NCBI GenBank assembly: GCA_902551695.1 | Contig: CACDEI010000002.1 | Coordinates: forward strand, 1,486 to 65,485 | DNA from: an uncultured Pseudomonadota bacterium | Lineage (GTDB): Bacteria; Pseudomonadota; Gammaproteobacteria; Ga0077536 | Reading direction: 5' to 3' | DNA length: 64,000 bases | Shown: positions 42,503 to 51,763 of the stretch, one piece after another | Numbering within the stretch: the first letter of the stretch is position 1 | Layout of the letters: the number at the start of each line of letters is the position of its first letter | Made by a program: the position numbers and the translations under genes | Notes under the pieces: model-generated | Databases searched by the model: none | Told to the model about the DNA's origin: nothing | What the model saw: only the letters and a program-made list of their open reading frames with translations

Positions 42503-42868
42503 GTGAAAGCGGAAAATGGCTTCTCCGCAAGCTATAGGATTTTGAAGTCAAAGGATTTCCTAAAACTTTCTCTCCAGGGCAAAACCCTGAGAACGCCAGC
42601 ACTTAAGGTACAAATTTTAGCAAATAAACTTCATCATCCTAGGTTAGGAGTAACAGTTTCCAAGCATGCCAGCAAGAAGGCATGTATTCGGAATTCTATA
42701 AAAAGACAGATTCGAGAAAACTTTAGAAAAAACAAACATCTTTTGCCGCCGATAGATGTCATCTTTATAGCAAATGCCTCAACGGCCGCGCTGAAGAGGA
42801 AACAGTTAAGTCTAGAAAGCCGTAGACTATTTAAGACAATTCGCAAAACACACAACAAAAAAACTTGA
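42503..42868 (+). CDS. rnpA: Ribonuclease P protein component
   Basis: 121 aa basic protein with RLGVTVSKHASKKACIRNSIKRQIRE (RNR-like motif). It starts at GTG and follows rpmH. Confidence 0.9.
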   Translation: MKAENGFSASYRILKSKDFLKLSLQGKTLRTPALKVQILANKLHHPRLGVTVSKHASKKACIRNSIKRQIRENFRKNKHLLPPIDVIFIANASTAALKRKQLSLESRRLFKTIRKTHNKKT

Positions 42869-42874
42869 AAAAAA

Positions 42875-44527
42875 ATGGATAGAATTCAATCTTTTCTCTT
42901 AATTACGTTGGTCTTCTTGGCGCTTCTTCTTTGGCAAGCTTGGGAGAGCGATTATCCCCAAACTACTCAGCCTGAATCCTTAGAAATTAGTCAAACCCCC
43001 ACGAACCCCTCTACAGTAGGTTCAAGCTCTGAAGTTCCAAATATCAAGCCGCCAGCCGTTCTAGGCGAAACACCAAGTCTTCCAAAGAACCTATCTCCTA
43101 CTATTGGGGCTAAGAGCGCCTCAGAGATACTAGTTGAAACAGATGTTCTAGAAATAATTATTAATGAGAAAGGGGCTAGTATAGAAAAGCTCTCACTTAA
43201 AGATTACCCAATTACGTTAAATAAACCGCAACCACTAGTACTTCTAGGAAAAAGAGGAACCAAAGAGTTTGTTTATCAAGGTGGCCTGTTCGGCAGGGAG
43301 GGAATGCCTACTCATCACTCTAACTTCGAGGTTGTCCAAGGCCCTCTCAAACTATTAGACAATAGCGATGTACTCGAAGTGGCATTTGTATGGCGAGAAA
43401 ATGACAACATAAAAGTCACAAAAAGGTACCGACTCTTTCGTGGCTCTTATCAAATAGAAGTAGAGTATAAAATTGACAATATGGGTCTTGAATCCTTTGA
43501 CGTGCACCATTACGAGCAATTAAAAAGATCTAAAGAATCGTCCTATAATGGTTTGGTTTATACTTATACGGGAGCGATATTTTCTACTCCAGATAGCCGA
43601 TTTGAAAAATTTGACTTTGACGATTTAGAGGAAAAACCGCTGGATGTGACCTCTACTGAGGCTTGGATAGGAAATATGCAGCACTATTTTGTGGCAGCCT
43701 TGGTGCCCCCGCCAGAAAACCCCTACAAATACTATTCAAAGATCCTCGATCAAAATACGTATACAGTAGGGTTTGTGAGTCCGGAGAATACTATAAATCC
43801 AGGCGAAACTATTGTACTAAAGACCAAAATTTATGCTGGTCCTAAAAAACAGAGCATCTTAAAACATTTAGCCCCGGGTTTAGATCTCTCGGTAGATTAT
43901 GGAATGTTGTGGTTTCTAGCGAAACCCCTTTTTATAGTCCTCCAAGGTATTAATTCTGTCATCGGAAATTGGGGTTGGGCAATTGTTTTACTCACTGTTT
44001 TTATAAAGTTATTGTTTTATCCTTTATCCGCGGCTGGTTATCGCTCTATGGCTAAGCTCAGGACTGTACATCCAAAAATGATCGCTTTGAAGGAACGTCA
44101 TGGAGATGATAAGGCGCAACTTAATCAGGCTATGATGAAGTTGTATAAAGATGAAAAAATAAATCCATTGGGAGGGTGCTTCCCTATTCTGATCCAGATA
44201 CCGGTCTTTATAGCCCTTTACTGGGTCTTGTTGGAGACAGTTGAGATAAGACAAGCTCCCTTTATTTTTTGGATAAATGATCTGTCTAGTAAAGATCCAT
44301 TTTTCGTTCTTCCGCTTTTGATGGGTATCAGTATGTGGGTTCAGCAAAAATTGAATCCGGCACCAGTAGACCCCGTTCAGGCAAAGGTTATGCAGTTTTT
44401 ACCAATAATATTCACAGTCTTTTTTGCATTTTTCCCCTCTGGGCTAGTTCTCTACTGGGTTGTTAATAACGTGCTATCGATCGCCCAGCAGTGGAGAATA
44501 ACCTCACAGATAGAAAAGGCACAATAG
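42875..44527 (+). CDS. yidC: Membrane protein insertase YidC
   Basis: 550 aa with an N-terminal TM helix, a large periplasmic domain and a conserved C-terminal 5-TM core (NPLGGCFPILIQIPVFIALYWVL). Confidence 0.95.
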   Translation: MDRIQSFLLITLVFLALLLWQAWESDYPQTTQPESLEISQTPTNPSTVGSSSEVPNIKPPAVLGETPSLPKNLSPTIGAKSASEILVETDVLEIIINEKGASIEKLSLKDYPITLNKPQPLVLLGKRGTKEFVYQGGLFGREGMPTHHSNFEVVQGPLKLLDNSDVLEVAFVWRENDNIKVTKRYRLFRGSYQIEVEYKIDNMGLESFDVHHYEQLKRSKESSYNGLVYTYTGAIFSTPDSRFEKFDFDDLEEKPLDVTSTEAWIGNMQHYFVAALVPPPENPYKYYSKILDQNTYTVGFVSPENTINPGETIVLKTKIYAGPKKQSILKHLAPGLDLSVDYGMLWFLAKPLFIVLQGINSVIGNWGWAIVLLTVFIKLLFYPLSAAGYRSMAKLRTVHPKMIALKERHGDDKAQLNQAMMKLYKDEKINPLGGCFPILIQIPVFIALYWVLLETVEIRQAPFIFWINDLSSKDPFFVLPLLMGISMWVQQKLNPAPVDPVQAKVMQFLPIIFTVFFAFFPSGLVLYWVVNNVLSIAQQWRITSQIEKAQ

Positions 44528-44541
44528 AATAAGGGCTAACT

Positions 44542-45903
44542 GTGGTCGGTAACTTCGACGACACAATAGTAGCCGTCTCTTCGGCTCAAGGAAGGGCTGG
44601 CGTAGGAGTGGTGAGGGTTTCGGGTTCTCTTTCTCGACATATTTGCATAAATATGTCAGGGCTAAGCCCGCAAAAAAACCAATTTTTCTATTCGGGGCTA
44701 AGGAATAAAAGTGGCCAAGTCATCGATTCAGGTATAGTCCTTTTTTTTGAGGGTCCAAATTCCTACACTGGCGAGGATATAGTAGAATTTCAAGCTCATG
44801 GAAATCCGATAATATTACAAGATATAGTTACAAGGGCGGTGGAACTAGGCGCGCGTCAAGCAAGGCCTGGGGAATTTACAGAACGTTCATTTCGTAACGG
44901 AAAGATATCCTTAGACCAAGCGGAGGCGGTAGCAGATCTTATAGCAGGACAAACGAAGCGTGCCACCCTCTCTGCAGCGCGGACTCTAACTGGGTTGTTT
45001 GCGATAAAAGTGAATTCAATTCTTACGTCTATAAGGGAATCTTTGTTTCAGATAGAGGCGTCAATTGATTTCCACGAAGATCTTGACCCGCATTCATTGA
45101 CGGAGTCACTCAAGAGAGCAGCTGTTGAACAAAAGGAGAAATTAAAGGAATTAATAAGTAAGGCCGAGGTCGGAATAAGGCTCAAGGAGGGTGTTTTTGT
45201 AACTATTGTAGGTTCCCCGAATGTTGGAAAATCCACTTTACTGAATAAATTAGCAGGCTCTGATAAGGCCATCGTGAGTGATGTGCCTGGCACTACGAGA
45301 GATCCAGTAGAAATAACTATTGATGTCTCAGGCATTCCCGTTCATTTTGTGGACACGGCCGGCATACGCGATACCTTGGACCAGATAGAAGCAACCGGTA
45401 TAGAGCGAACAAAAATAGAAGCTGAAAAATCCGATATTATTCTATACCTACATGAGGAGGCTGTATCTTGTGATGACGGAATATTAATAGAGAAACTTCG
45501 AAAGCTTAGTGATAATTTGACGGGCGATATAATCTTGGTTCGTAATAAAATAGATCTGTTAGAAATGGAATCAGGTGTTTCAAATACAGGAGAGGTAAAA
45601 CACGTTAACATTTCTGCCTATAATGGTAGAGGTATAAATACCCTCTTAAATACACTCCTAGAATTGATGGTCCCCTCTGATAGCAAGGAGGATGAGTTCG
45701 TGGCTAGGGAGAGACATCTGAATTCGCTAAGAAAGGCCTTCGAAATCCTTAGAAACGTAAGCTTTGATTTACTTAATAACAGCCCAGAATTGGTTGCTGA
45801 AGAATACAGACAGGCTTGTCGTGAGTTAGATTTGATATCAGGAAGATATAGTACTGAAGAATTACTAGGCGACATCTTTAGTCGATTTTGTATTGGCAAG
45901 TAG
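44542..45903 (+). CDS. mnmE: tRNA uridine-5-carboxymethylaminomethyl modification GTPase MnmE
   Basis: 453 aa with DTIVAVSS, the G-domain motifs GSPNVGKST and DTAGIR, and the C-terminal CIGK. The start is GTG. Confidence 0.94.
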   Translation: MVGNFDDTIVAVSSAQGRAGVGVVRVSGSLSRHICINMSGLSPQKNQFFYSGLRNKSGQVIDSGIVLFFEGPNSYTGEDIVEFQAHGNPIILQDIVTRAVELGARQARPGEFTERSFRNGKISLDQAEAVADLIAGQTKRATLSAARTLTGLFAIKVNSILTSIRESLFQIEASIDFHEDLDPHSLTESLKRAAVEQKEKLKELISKAEVGIRLKEGVFVTIVGSPNVGKSTLLNKLAGSDKAIVSDVPGTTRDPVEITIDVSGIPVHFVDTAGIRDTLDQIEATGIERTKIEAEKSDIILYLHEEAVSCDDGILIEKLRKLSDNLTGDIILVRNKIDLLEMESGVSNTGEVKHVNISAYNGRGINTLLNTLLELMVPSDSKEDEFVARERHLNSLRKAFEILRNVSFDLLNNSPELVAEEYRQACRELDLISGRYSTEELLGDIFSRFCIGK

Positions 45904-45932
45904 GTGTCGCACATTCATTAAAATAGGGTCAG

Positions 45933-46838
45933 ATGGACAAAGCTTTAATAATAACTCTTAGTAATATAGGTGATCTGGTAATGAGCACCCCTCTTATGGA
46001 GGGTATATCTACGTTAATGCCTGAGAAATCTATCGATGTCTTGGGGGATGCCCGCTCGTCAGAACTACTAAAAAATGCTCCATACATATCGACTATCTTT
46101 AATCGTGATAAGAAAGGTAAATTGGGTCAACAGGTCAATTTATTCAACAGACTTAGGTCCCAGCGATATGACCTCATTGTTGATTTGAGAACGGGGTTTT
46201 TACCTTACTTGCTCCACTCCCAACACAAATATATTAAACGGAAAGGTTTGGGGGTCGGCAAGCATTCCGTTGAAGAGAGTTACTCCTGTATTCAAGGCTA
46301 CGGTAAGTTTCCAGAAGATATACCCAATTGTAAAATTTACCTTTCCGATGATGATATTCGCAAAATTCAAAAGCTTACTAAGCATTTACCTTCTGGCAAG
46401 TGGTTAATAATTGCCCCAGGGGCTAATTGGCCGGGAAAGAAATGGCCAGCTGAGAAATACGGGATTATAGTTAGAAGGGCTCTCGAGTTAAAATTATTTG
46501 AAGCCGCCCTGATAGTGGGTAGCATAGAGGATAAAGCGGAAAACTTGGCAATCGATTTTTCGAATTTACCAGTTTTAGATCTCAGAGGACAAACCACTCT
46601 CACTCAGGTGGCAGCGGTCCTCTCGAAAGCTGATCTTTTTGTTGGAAATGATTCTGGATTGGGTCATATAGCTAGTGGAGTTGGTGTGAGAACCATTACG
46701 CTTTTTGGGCCGGGAAGTCCTCAGAGATATCGCCCTTGGGGAGACAAGGGGGAAGTCATAGTAGGGCCTCGAGAGAATTTAAACAACCTTCAATGGCAGA
46801 CAGTTTTTAAGCGCTTGAAATCGGTAAGCTCCAAATGA
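45933..46838 (+). CDS. Glycosyltransferase family 9 (LPS heptosyltransferase-like)
   Basis: 301 aa with N-terminal SNIGDLVMSTPL and C-terminal GNDSGLGHIASGVG motifs characteristic of GT9. Confidence 0.8.
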   Translation: MDKALIITLSNIGDLVMSTPLMEGISTLMPEKSIDVLGDARSSELLKNAPYISTIFNRDKKGKLGQQVNLFNRLRSQRYDLIVDLRTGFLPYLLHSQHKYIKRKGLGVGKHSVEESYSCIQGYGKFPEDIPNCKIYLSDDDIRKIQKLTKHLPSGKWLIIAPGANWPGKKWPAEKYGIIVRRALELKLFEAALIVGSIEDKAENLAIDFSNLPVLDLRGQTTLTQVAAVLSKADLFVGNDSGLGHIASGVGVRTITLFGPGSPQRYRPWGDKGEVIVGPRENLNNLQWQTVFKRLKSVSSK

Positions 46839-47872
46839 GAGTGGCTCAAATAATGCTTTCCGCTGAATTTGGGGGTGCTGAAAGATCCTTCACCGATATT
46901 TCTGTTTGTCTTGAGAAGCTTGGTCATGAGGTGTTGGCTATCGGTTTGAATAGAAGTAAGTCTTTGGACAAATTACAGTCTTCAGGAGTAAAGACTACAA
47001 GGGTTGCTTGCTATGGTAGTTGGGATATTTTAACCATTAGATCACTAAAGAAAATCTTAAGCCAATTCAAACCTGATATAGTACATTGTCATCTTGCTAG
47101 AGCCTCCTATCTCGGGGGCTCTGCGGCAAGGGATCTTGGGATTATGGCAGTAGCTAAAACCCATAATTTGGTTAAGCCAAAATATTACAAAAATATCGAT
47201 ATGATTGTCGTTACAACCGAGGCGCAACGCCGCCATCTAGAGGCCGAAGGAGTGGGGAACCATAGGTTATGGAAGATTCCAAATTTTAGTAGTGTGAAAT
47301 CTAGGCCTTTAAAAAAACCACTGTCTGAGGAAGACGGACTTCTGCGATTGACCGCTTTGGGTAGGTTTGTAAAAAAGAAAGGTTTTGACACTTTGCTGGA
47401 AGCTTTTGCATCACTTAGAAAAGAGGAATCTAATGTTAAGTTAACAATCGGAGGCGATGGACCAGAGCGAAACGCATTAAAACAATTAGCGATGGATTTA
47501 GACATTAGCGACAAAGTTGAATTCGTTGGCTGGGTGGAGGATGTGGCCGAATTTTTGAGTGGCTCCGATTTGTTTGTGTTGCCTTCTAGAGAAGAGCCGT
47601 TTGGCATTGTGATCCTTGAGGCAATGGCGGTTGGAATACCCATTGTGACTACCAAGACCCAAGGCCCTTTGGAAATTCTTGATAAAAAAATGGCCCACTT
47701 CACAGAAGCGTCTAATGCTAAAAAGATGGCCAAAGATATCAGAGCCGCCTTGCAATCCAACCAAAGATATAAATTTGCTGAACTTTCTAAGCAACGTTTT
47801 GACACACTTTACACATCTGAAAACGTAACCAGGCAGTACCTAAATCTATATGAAGATTTATTAGGCAAGTAA
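46835..47872 (+). CDS. Glycosyltransferase family 4
   Basis: 345 aa with N-terminal FGGAERS and a C-terminal GT-B domain carrying the EPFGIVILEAMAVGIPIV (E-x7-E region) motif. Confidence 0.8.
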   Translation: MRVAQIMLSAEFGGAERSFTDISVCLEKLGHEVLAIGLNRSKSLDKLQSSGVKTTRVACYGSWDILTIRSLKKILSQFKPDIVHCHLARASYLGGSAARDLGIMAVAKTHNLVKPKYYKNIDMIVVTTEAQRRHLEAEGVGNHRLWKIPNFSSVKSRPLKKPLSEEDGLLRLTALGRFVKKKGFDTLLEAFASLRKEESNVKLTIGGDGPERNALKQLAMDLDISDKVEFVGWVEDVAEFLSGSDLFVLPSREEPFGIVILEAMAVGIPIVTTKTQGPLEILDKKMAHFTEASNAKKMAKDIRAALQSNQRYKFAELSKQRFDTLYTSENVTRQYLNLYEDLLGK

Positions 47873-48826
47873 GCCATCTTCGCTGATTTTATTTATTACA
47901 CTGTCAAGAGATAGGTTGGAGAGTGAGGCTTGAGATGGACGCAGTGATGTACTCCAATTTTCTACCACTGCCAAAGCTCTATGTCCTTGCCCCAGGGCGT
48001 GATTTTTTTGCTTGCTTGACGGGCCGAATAGTCCAAAAATAGGAATACCAGAGGCGGAAAGAATGTGCATAGGTCCAGAGTCGTTAGTTACTGCGAAATT
48101 GGCCTTCCTCCCTAGCTCAGCAAGCTCCAATATGGTAAAGGAGCCCGTTGCATCGATACCAACTGCCGATGCTAATCGGTCATTTAAGGCAGTGTCGTCT
48201 GGCCCTCCTATCCATACTATCCCAAAGCCGTCGCAATCCAAGCGATATGCCAATTGTTCAAAGTATGGCCATCTTTTCTCGGGACGAGATCTACTTGAAC
48301 CAGCATGCAAGATAACAAAAGGTTTTTTTGTTTCGAGATTCTGCGCTATCCATTTCCCTACTTTGACTTTCTGTTTCTCGGCGGCTAAGAGCAAAGGACT
48401 TTTATCTTTAACTTTGATTCCTTGTTGTTCTACCACCTTGCACATTCTATCAAAAATGTGTGTCTGTCCTTCCCATTTTTCAGCTGGATGATGCCTGTAT
48501 GGGAATCGATGGTTGCCTACACTATTTTTTATCCCGCTGAGCAAACAAATTATTCTAGACCTGTCATTACTCTGGAGATCAAATAATTGGGAGTACTGCG
48601 TTTTTCTAATATCGAGGACGAACTTTAGATTTTCAATGATGCTGGCATTATCAATCGTTTTAATGTTGAGATTATTCCAATTTTCAAAAACCGAAATAAA
48701 CGGTTTTGTGGTTACTAAAGTATAGTTTGAGCTTTTTTGGGAATCGGTTATGGCTTTTATCAAAGGAGTAGCCATAATGACATCGCCCAAGGCGCCAAAT
48801 TTAAATATTAGAGTTTTTTTGGGCAT
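47861..48826 (-). CDS. Glycosyltransferase family 9 (LPS heptosyltransferase-like)
   Basis: 321 aa with GALGDVIMATPL and TNDSGPMHILSASGIP motifs. Its stop overlaps the convergent GT4 gene by 12 nt. Confidence 0.8.
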   Translation of the reverse strand: MPKKTLIFKFGALGDVIMATPLIKAITDSQKSSNYTLVTTKPFISVFENWNNLNIKTIDNASIIENLKFVLDIRKTQYSQLFDLQSNDRSRIICLLSGIKNSVGNHRFPYRHHPAEKWEGQTHIFDRMCKVVEQQGIKVKDKSPLLLAAEKQKVKVGKWIAQNLETKKPFVILHAGSSRSRPEKRWPYFEQLAYRLDCDGFGIVWIGGPDDTALNDRLASAVGIDATGSFTILELAELGRKANFAVTNDSGPMHILSASGIPIFGLFGPSSKQKNHALGQGHRALAVVENWSTSLRPSQASLSNLSLDSVINKISEDGLLA

Positions 48827-48865
48827 TTAGAAAAATAATAGTTGTATCGGTTATCATAAGGCATC

Positions 48866-49693
48866 ATGTTTCATCATAAACGAGATACGTCACCCTTTTC
48901 GCCTTTTTTCTTCCATTCTAGACTTTTTTGGAAGACATTAGGAAATTTCGCAATCTTCAGAGGGCGAGGTTCCCGTGGGCAGCTTGTAAGTATGCATCAG
49001 GCCGGGACCCATTATATAAAACATATAATCGCTTGTGCTATTGCCGACAAATATGAAATTCCAGACCCAGAGTTTAATCATGCAAATGATATTTTTGGGG
49101 GACCAAAGGATGAAGTGGTTTATCGGGATATCCCTAGACTCATCAGCAGCCACAGCTATCCAAATCCGCTGCTCCTTTCGGAACTTGTTCACGAATTATT
49201 TAATTTACCATCTTATGTGCTTCTAGTGAGAGATTTAAGACACAGTCTAATATCGAATTATGCTAAATGGTCTCATGTTTATGAGGTTCCTTTTTCTTCC
49301 TATCTAAGAGGAGAAATGCATTCAAAGAGATTCAATAGCGATATTTGGTGGACAATCGGCTTTCTTAACGGGTGGGGTCTTGTGTACAAACGTAATCCAA
49401 ATAAATTTGTGATTCTGAAATATGAAGACTTGTTAGAGCACCCTCTCGCACAAGTAAGCCAGCTTAACAATTATTGGGCTCTTAAATTAAGTCAGCAGAA
49501 TATAGAATACGGGATTGCTCAATCGACTAAAGAAAAAATGAAGCTAAAAGATGACCCCAATAGGCCAAAAGGGGCTGTTCGAAATTCGAGTAGCGATTTG
49601 TCGATATTTACTGCTACGGATAAAAAGTTTATTGAACGAGTTTGCGATTCATATTTAAGTTTCTCAGCCGGCTATGACTATTCTAAATGGTAG
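48866..49693 (+). CDS. Sulfotransferase-fold protein (divergent PAPS-binding loop)
   Basis: 275 aa. The 5'-PSB-like loop is SMHQAGTHY (compare PKxGTTW, with Gln in place of Lys). The 3'-PB-like motif is LLVRDLRHSLISNY. It also has LKYEDLLEHPLAQVSQL and a C-terminal RPKGAVRNSS, together typical of the sulfotransferase domain. Confidence 0.55.
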   Translation: MFHHKRDTSPFSPFFFHSRLFWKTLGNFAIFRGRGSRGQLVSMHQAGTHYIKHIIACAIADKYEIPDPEFNHANDIFGGPKDEVVYRDIPRLISSHSYPNPLLLSELVHELFNLPSYVLLVRDLRHSLISNYAKWSHVYEVPFSSYLRGEMHSKRFNSDIWWTIGFLNGWGLVYKRNPNKFVILKYEDLLEHPLAQVSQLNNYWALKLSQQNIEYGIAQSTKEKMKLKDDPNRPKGAVRNSSSDLSIFTATDKKFIERVCDSYLSFSAGYDYSKW

Positions 49694-50819
49694 TTTTGGA
49701 TTTTTTCGATAGCCCTTCATACAAGGACATATTCATTTTTTGCATTCTTTCCAAGGTGAAATTTTTGTTTTTTGTAACGGGGGGATAGCTTTTTAGGAAT
49801 CTCTCAGTTCGGTCAGCTGCTTCCCGAACATTACCAACGGAAACCAAACCGTAAGGATACCAGTCCTTCATGATCTCTTTTGTTCCACCGTGTTCATAGC
49901 CTATAACAGGAGTCCCTAAGCTAAGGGCCTCGGCTGTCGTTCTCCCAAAGGCCTCTGGGATTTTTGTTACTGAGAATACCACAGTTGACACCGACATAAT
50001 TTCTTTTATATCTAACCTATTTCCTAGAAAAGAACAATTTTCAAAAACATTGGCAGCCTTCGCTTTAGAGATTAATTCCCCTTTATATCTATTTTTGTTT
50101 TTGCTAGCCCCCCCTACAAGCAGCGCGTGAAAACGCACCCCTCTTTCCTTTAATATTCGTAGTATCTCGAGAAAATCTAATTGGCCTTTCCAACGCGTTA
50201 GCCTTGCAGGTATTGTAAGTAGAGGCATATCACTTTTTAATCCCATTTGGTTTTGCCAGGAGTCTAGCCACCTCTGTTCAACTGAAAATTCTAAATTATG
50301 AGTTGCCTCGTCGACCCCCCTGGGAATAGTTATAATCCTGTTATTTTCTACACCGGGATAGTTCTTTGTGATGTAATCTCGAATGTAATTTGAGATAGCT
50401 ATTATCTTATCCCCGCTCATCATAACTTTACTATATGCACTAACGCTGTAAGGTCCGTGTACAGTAGTTATCCAAACAGGACATTTTTCTTTCTTAATTT
50501 TTGAGAGTGCTAATCGGCCTAACCAAGCTGGTAGGCGAGACCGTGCATGAACAATATCTACTTTCTCTGACAAACATAAATTTCTGATTTTTCTTGCATA
50601 CTGGATTGTCAGAGGATGTTTTCTTCCGATAGGCCAGTTGAAGAATTCAGAACCGGTTTCTCTTAAGTCTCTTTCTAGCGGTCCGCTTTCACAAACCACA
50701 ATTGAGCGATGTCCCCTCTCGTTTAAGGCGTCAGCGATCTGCACGGTTCCTCTTTCTACCCCACCAATAGATAGTTTTGGTAAAAGCTGCATAACGGTAA
50801 GGGGTTTTTCCAGGGTCAT
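49683..50819 (-). CDS. Glycosyltransferase family 4
   Basis: 378 aa with N-terminal LSIGGVERGT and C-terminal EAFGRTTAEALSLGTPVIG motifs. It overlaps the convergent sulfotransferase gene by 11 nt. Confidence 0.8.
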   Translation of the reverse strand: MTLEKPLTVMQLLPKLSIGGVERGTVQIADALNERGHRSIVVCESGPLERDLRETGSEFFNWPIGRKHPLTIQYARKIRNLCLSEKVDIVHARSRLPAWLGRLALSKIKKEKCPVWITTVHGPYSVSAYSKVMMSGDKIIAISNYIRDYITKNYPGVENNRIITIPRGVDEATHNLEFSVEQRWLDSWQNQMGLKSDMPLLTIPARLTRWKGQLDFLEILRILKERGVRFHALLVGGASKNKNRYKGELISKAKAANVFENCSFLGNRLDIKEIMSVSTVVFSVTKIPEAFGRTTAEALSLGTPVIGYEHGGTKEIMKDWYPYGLVSVGNVREAADRTERFLKSYPPVTKNKNFTLERMQKMNMSLYEGLSKKSKTTI

Positions 50820-50832
50820 TTGTTAGCGTTTA

Positions 50833-51741
50833 TCAACCTGTCAAGCTAGGCCATCTGGTCGCGATTAATTTTCCGATCCTATCACGTTCGTTTAAACATT
50901 GAACCGGTTGCCAAGTTTTGTTTTGGAGAGTCCTGATTTTCCCTTCTTCAACTAAGCGTTGTTGATTTTGTGTTACTCTTGATTCTCGCTTTTTGCTTAG
51001 GTTGAATATTCCAACTCGACATCCCGCTGATAGAGATTCGTATGTCATCGAGATGCTATCTGGAGTTACCCAGACGTATTGTGAGGATTCCAGCTCGTTT
51101 GCTAGCCAATTGGCTTCAACACGCCCAACATCCTCATAATGAAAATTTGGCTGTTCGATTTCTGTTAGTAGTTTTTTGATTTTTTCCGGGGTTCTTCTAG
51201 AGGTTGTGAGGGTCCAGCGAATATTATCATCGGCTCTTTTTGTTACTTCTTCGATCTGCGATAAAAGAGACTCATTGTCCCAAACATAATGTGAGGAATC
51301 TCCTCCTAAAAGGATAAGTCCAGCATCTTTATGTTTCGGCCCAGCCTGTTCAATTAAGGTAAGAGGGCCCTCTGTCTCGATGACATTCTTGGCTCTTTTT
51401 ACATGGTCATGTTTCGGTACTATCAGGAGGTCTAACCAAATCTTTGGAATAGACGGCCTCATGATGCAAATTGTTTTAGAGCTGAAGACTAACTTACAAA
51501 AAACCAGTACTAAATGGGTTCGTCTTCCAGTACCGATGACAATTTCAGGAAATGGCCTATGCCCATAGTATTTGATTTTCAGAATCTCAATCCAAGATCT
51601 ATAGAAGCTTTCCTCTAATATGAATTCTTTTGAAGATATATTAAGGTGTTTGGATAAGCCTCTCACCAAAGCTTTGGATTGATTAACATGGCCTGCTTTG
51701 CCGTCTGAGATAGTCCATGTACAAATAGCTTTCTGATTCAC
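50833..51741 (-). CDS. ELM1/DUF1022 family protein (putative LPS-core-associated glycosyltransferase-like)
   Basis: 302 aa. The N-terminal WTISDGKAGHVNQSKAL matches the ELM1-family dGkaGhenQ motif as recalled. It lies in an operon-like arrangement with the GT4 gene. Confidence 0.55.
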   Translation of the reverse strand: MNQKAICTWTISDGKAGHVNQSKALVRGLSKHLNISSKEFILEESFYRSWIEILKIKYYGHRPFPEIVIGTGRRTHLVLVFCKLVFSSKTICIMRPSIPKIWLDLLIVPKHDHVKRAKNVIETEGPLTLIEQAGPKHKDAGLILLGGDSSHYVWDNESLLSQIEEVTKRADDNIRWTLTTSRRTPEKIKKLLTEIEQPNFHYEDVGRVEANWLANELESSQYVWVTPDSISMTYESLSAGCRVGIFNLSKKRESRVTQNQQRLVEEGKIRTLQNKTWQPVQCLNERDRIGKLIATRWPSLTG

Positions 51742-51763
51742 TTGCAGGAGTAGTTATTTTTTA

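Noticed and set aside
42868-42875. Expected yidD (membrane protein insertion efficiency factor) between rnpA and yidC.
   Set aside because: Only 6 nt separate rnpA and yidC, and no overlapping plus-strand ORF with YidD-like Cys motifs is visible. Its absence at this locus is noted, but it may be encoded elsewhere, so it is not a feature.
47185-47805. 206-aa minus-strand ORF (and a nested 98-aa ORF) inside the GT4 gene at 46835-47872. Similar long antisense ORFs occur at 9343-9828, 48012-48491, 28393-28794, 41046-41387, 36432-36773 and 62037-62435.
   Set aside because: All lie fully antisense to genes with strong family motifs. Their translations are Ser/Pro/Thr-rich and low complexity, with no recognisable motifs, which is typical of shadow ORFs. 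There is no independent evidence of coding.
47861-49693. Convergent gene pairs overlapping at their stop codons (47861-47872 and 49683-49693), and a general lack of terminator hairpins.
   Set aside because: This is consistent with genome streamlining and tight packing seen across the whole window (many 1-23 nt overlaps). It is not evidence for a specific regulatory mechanism.
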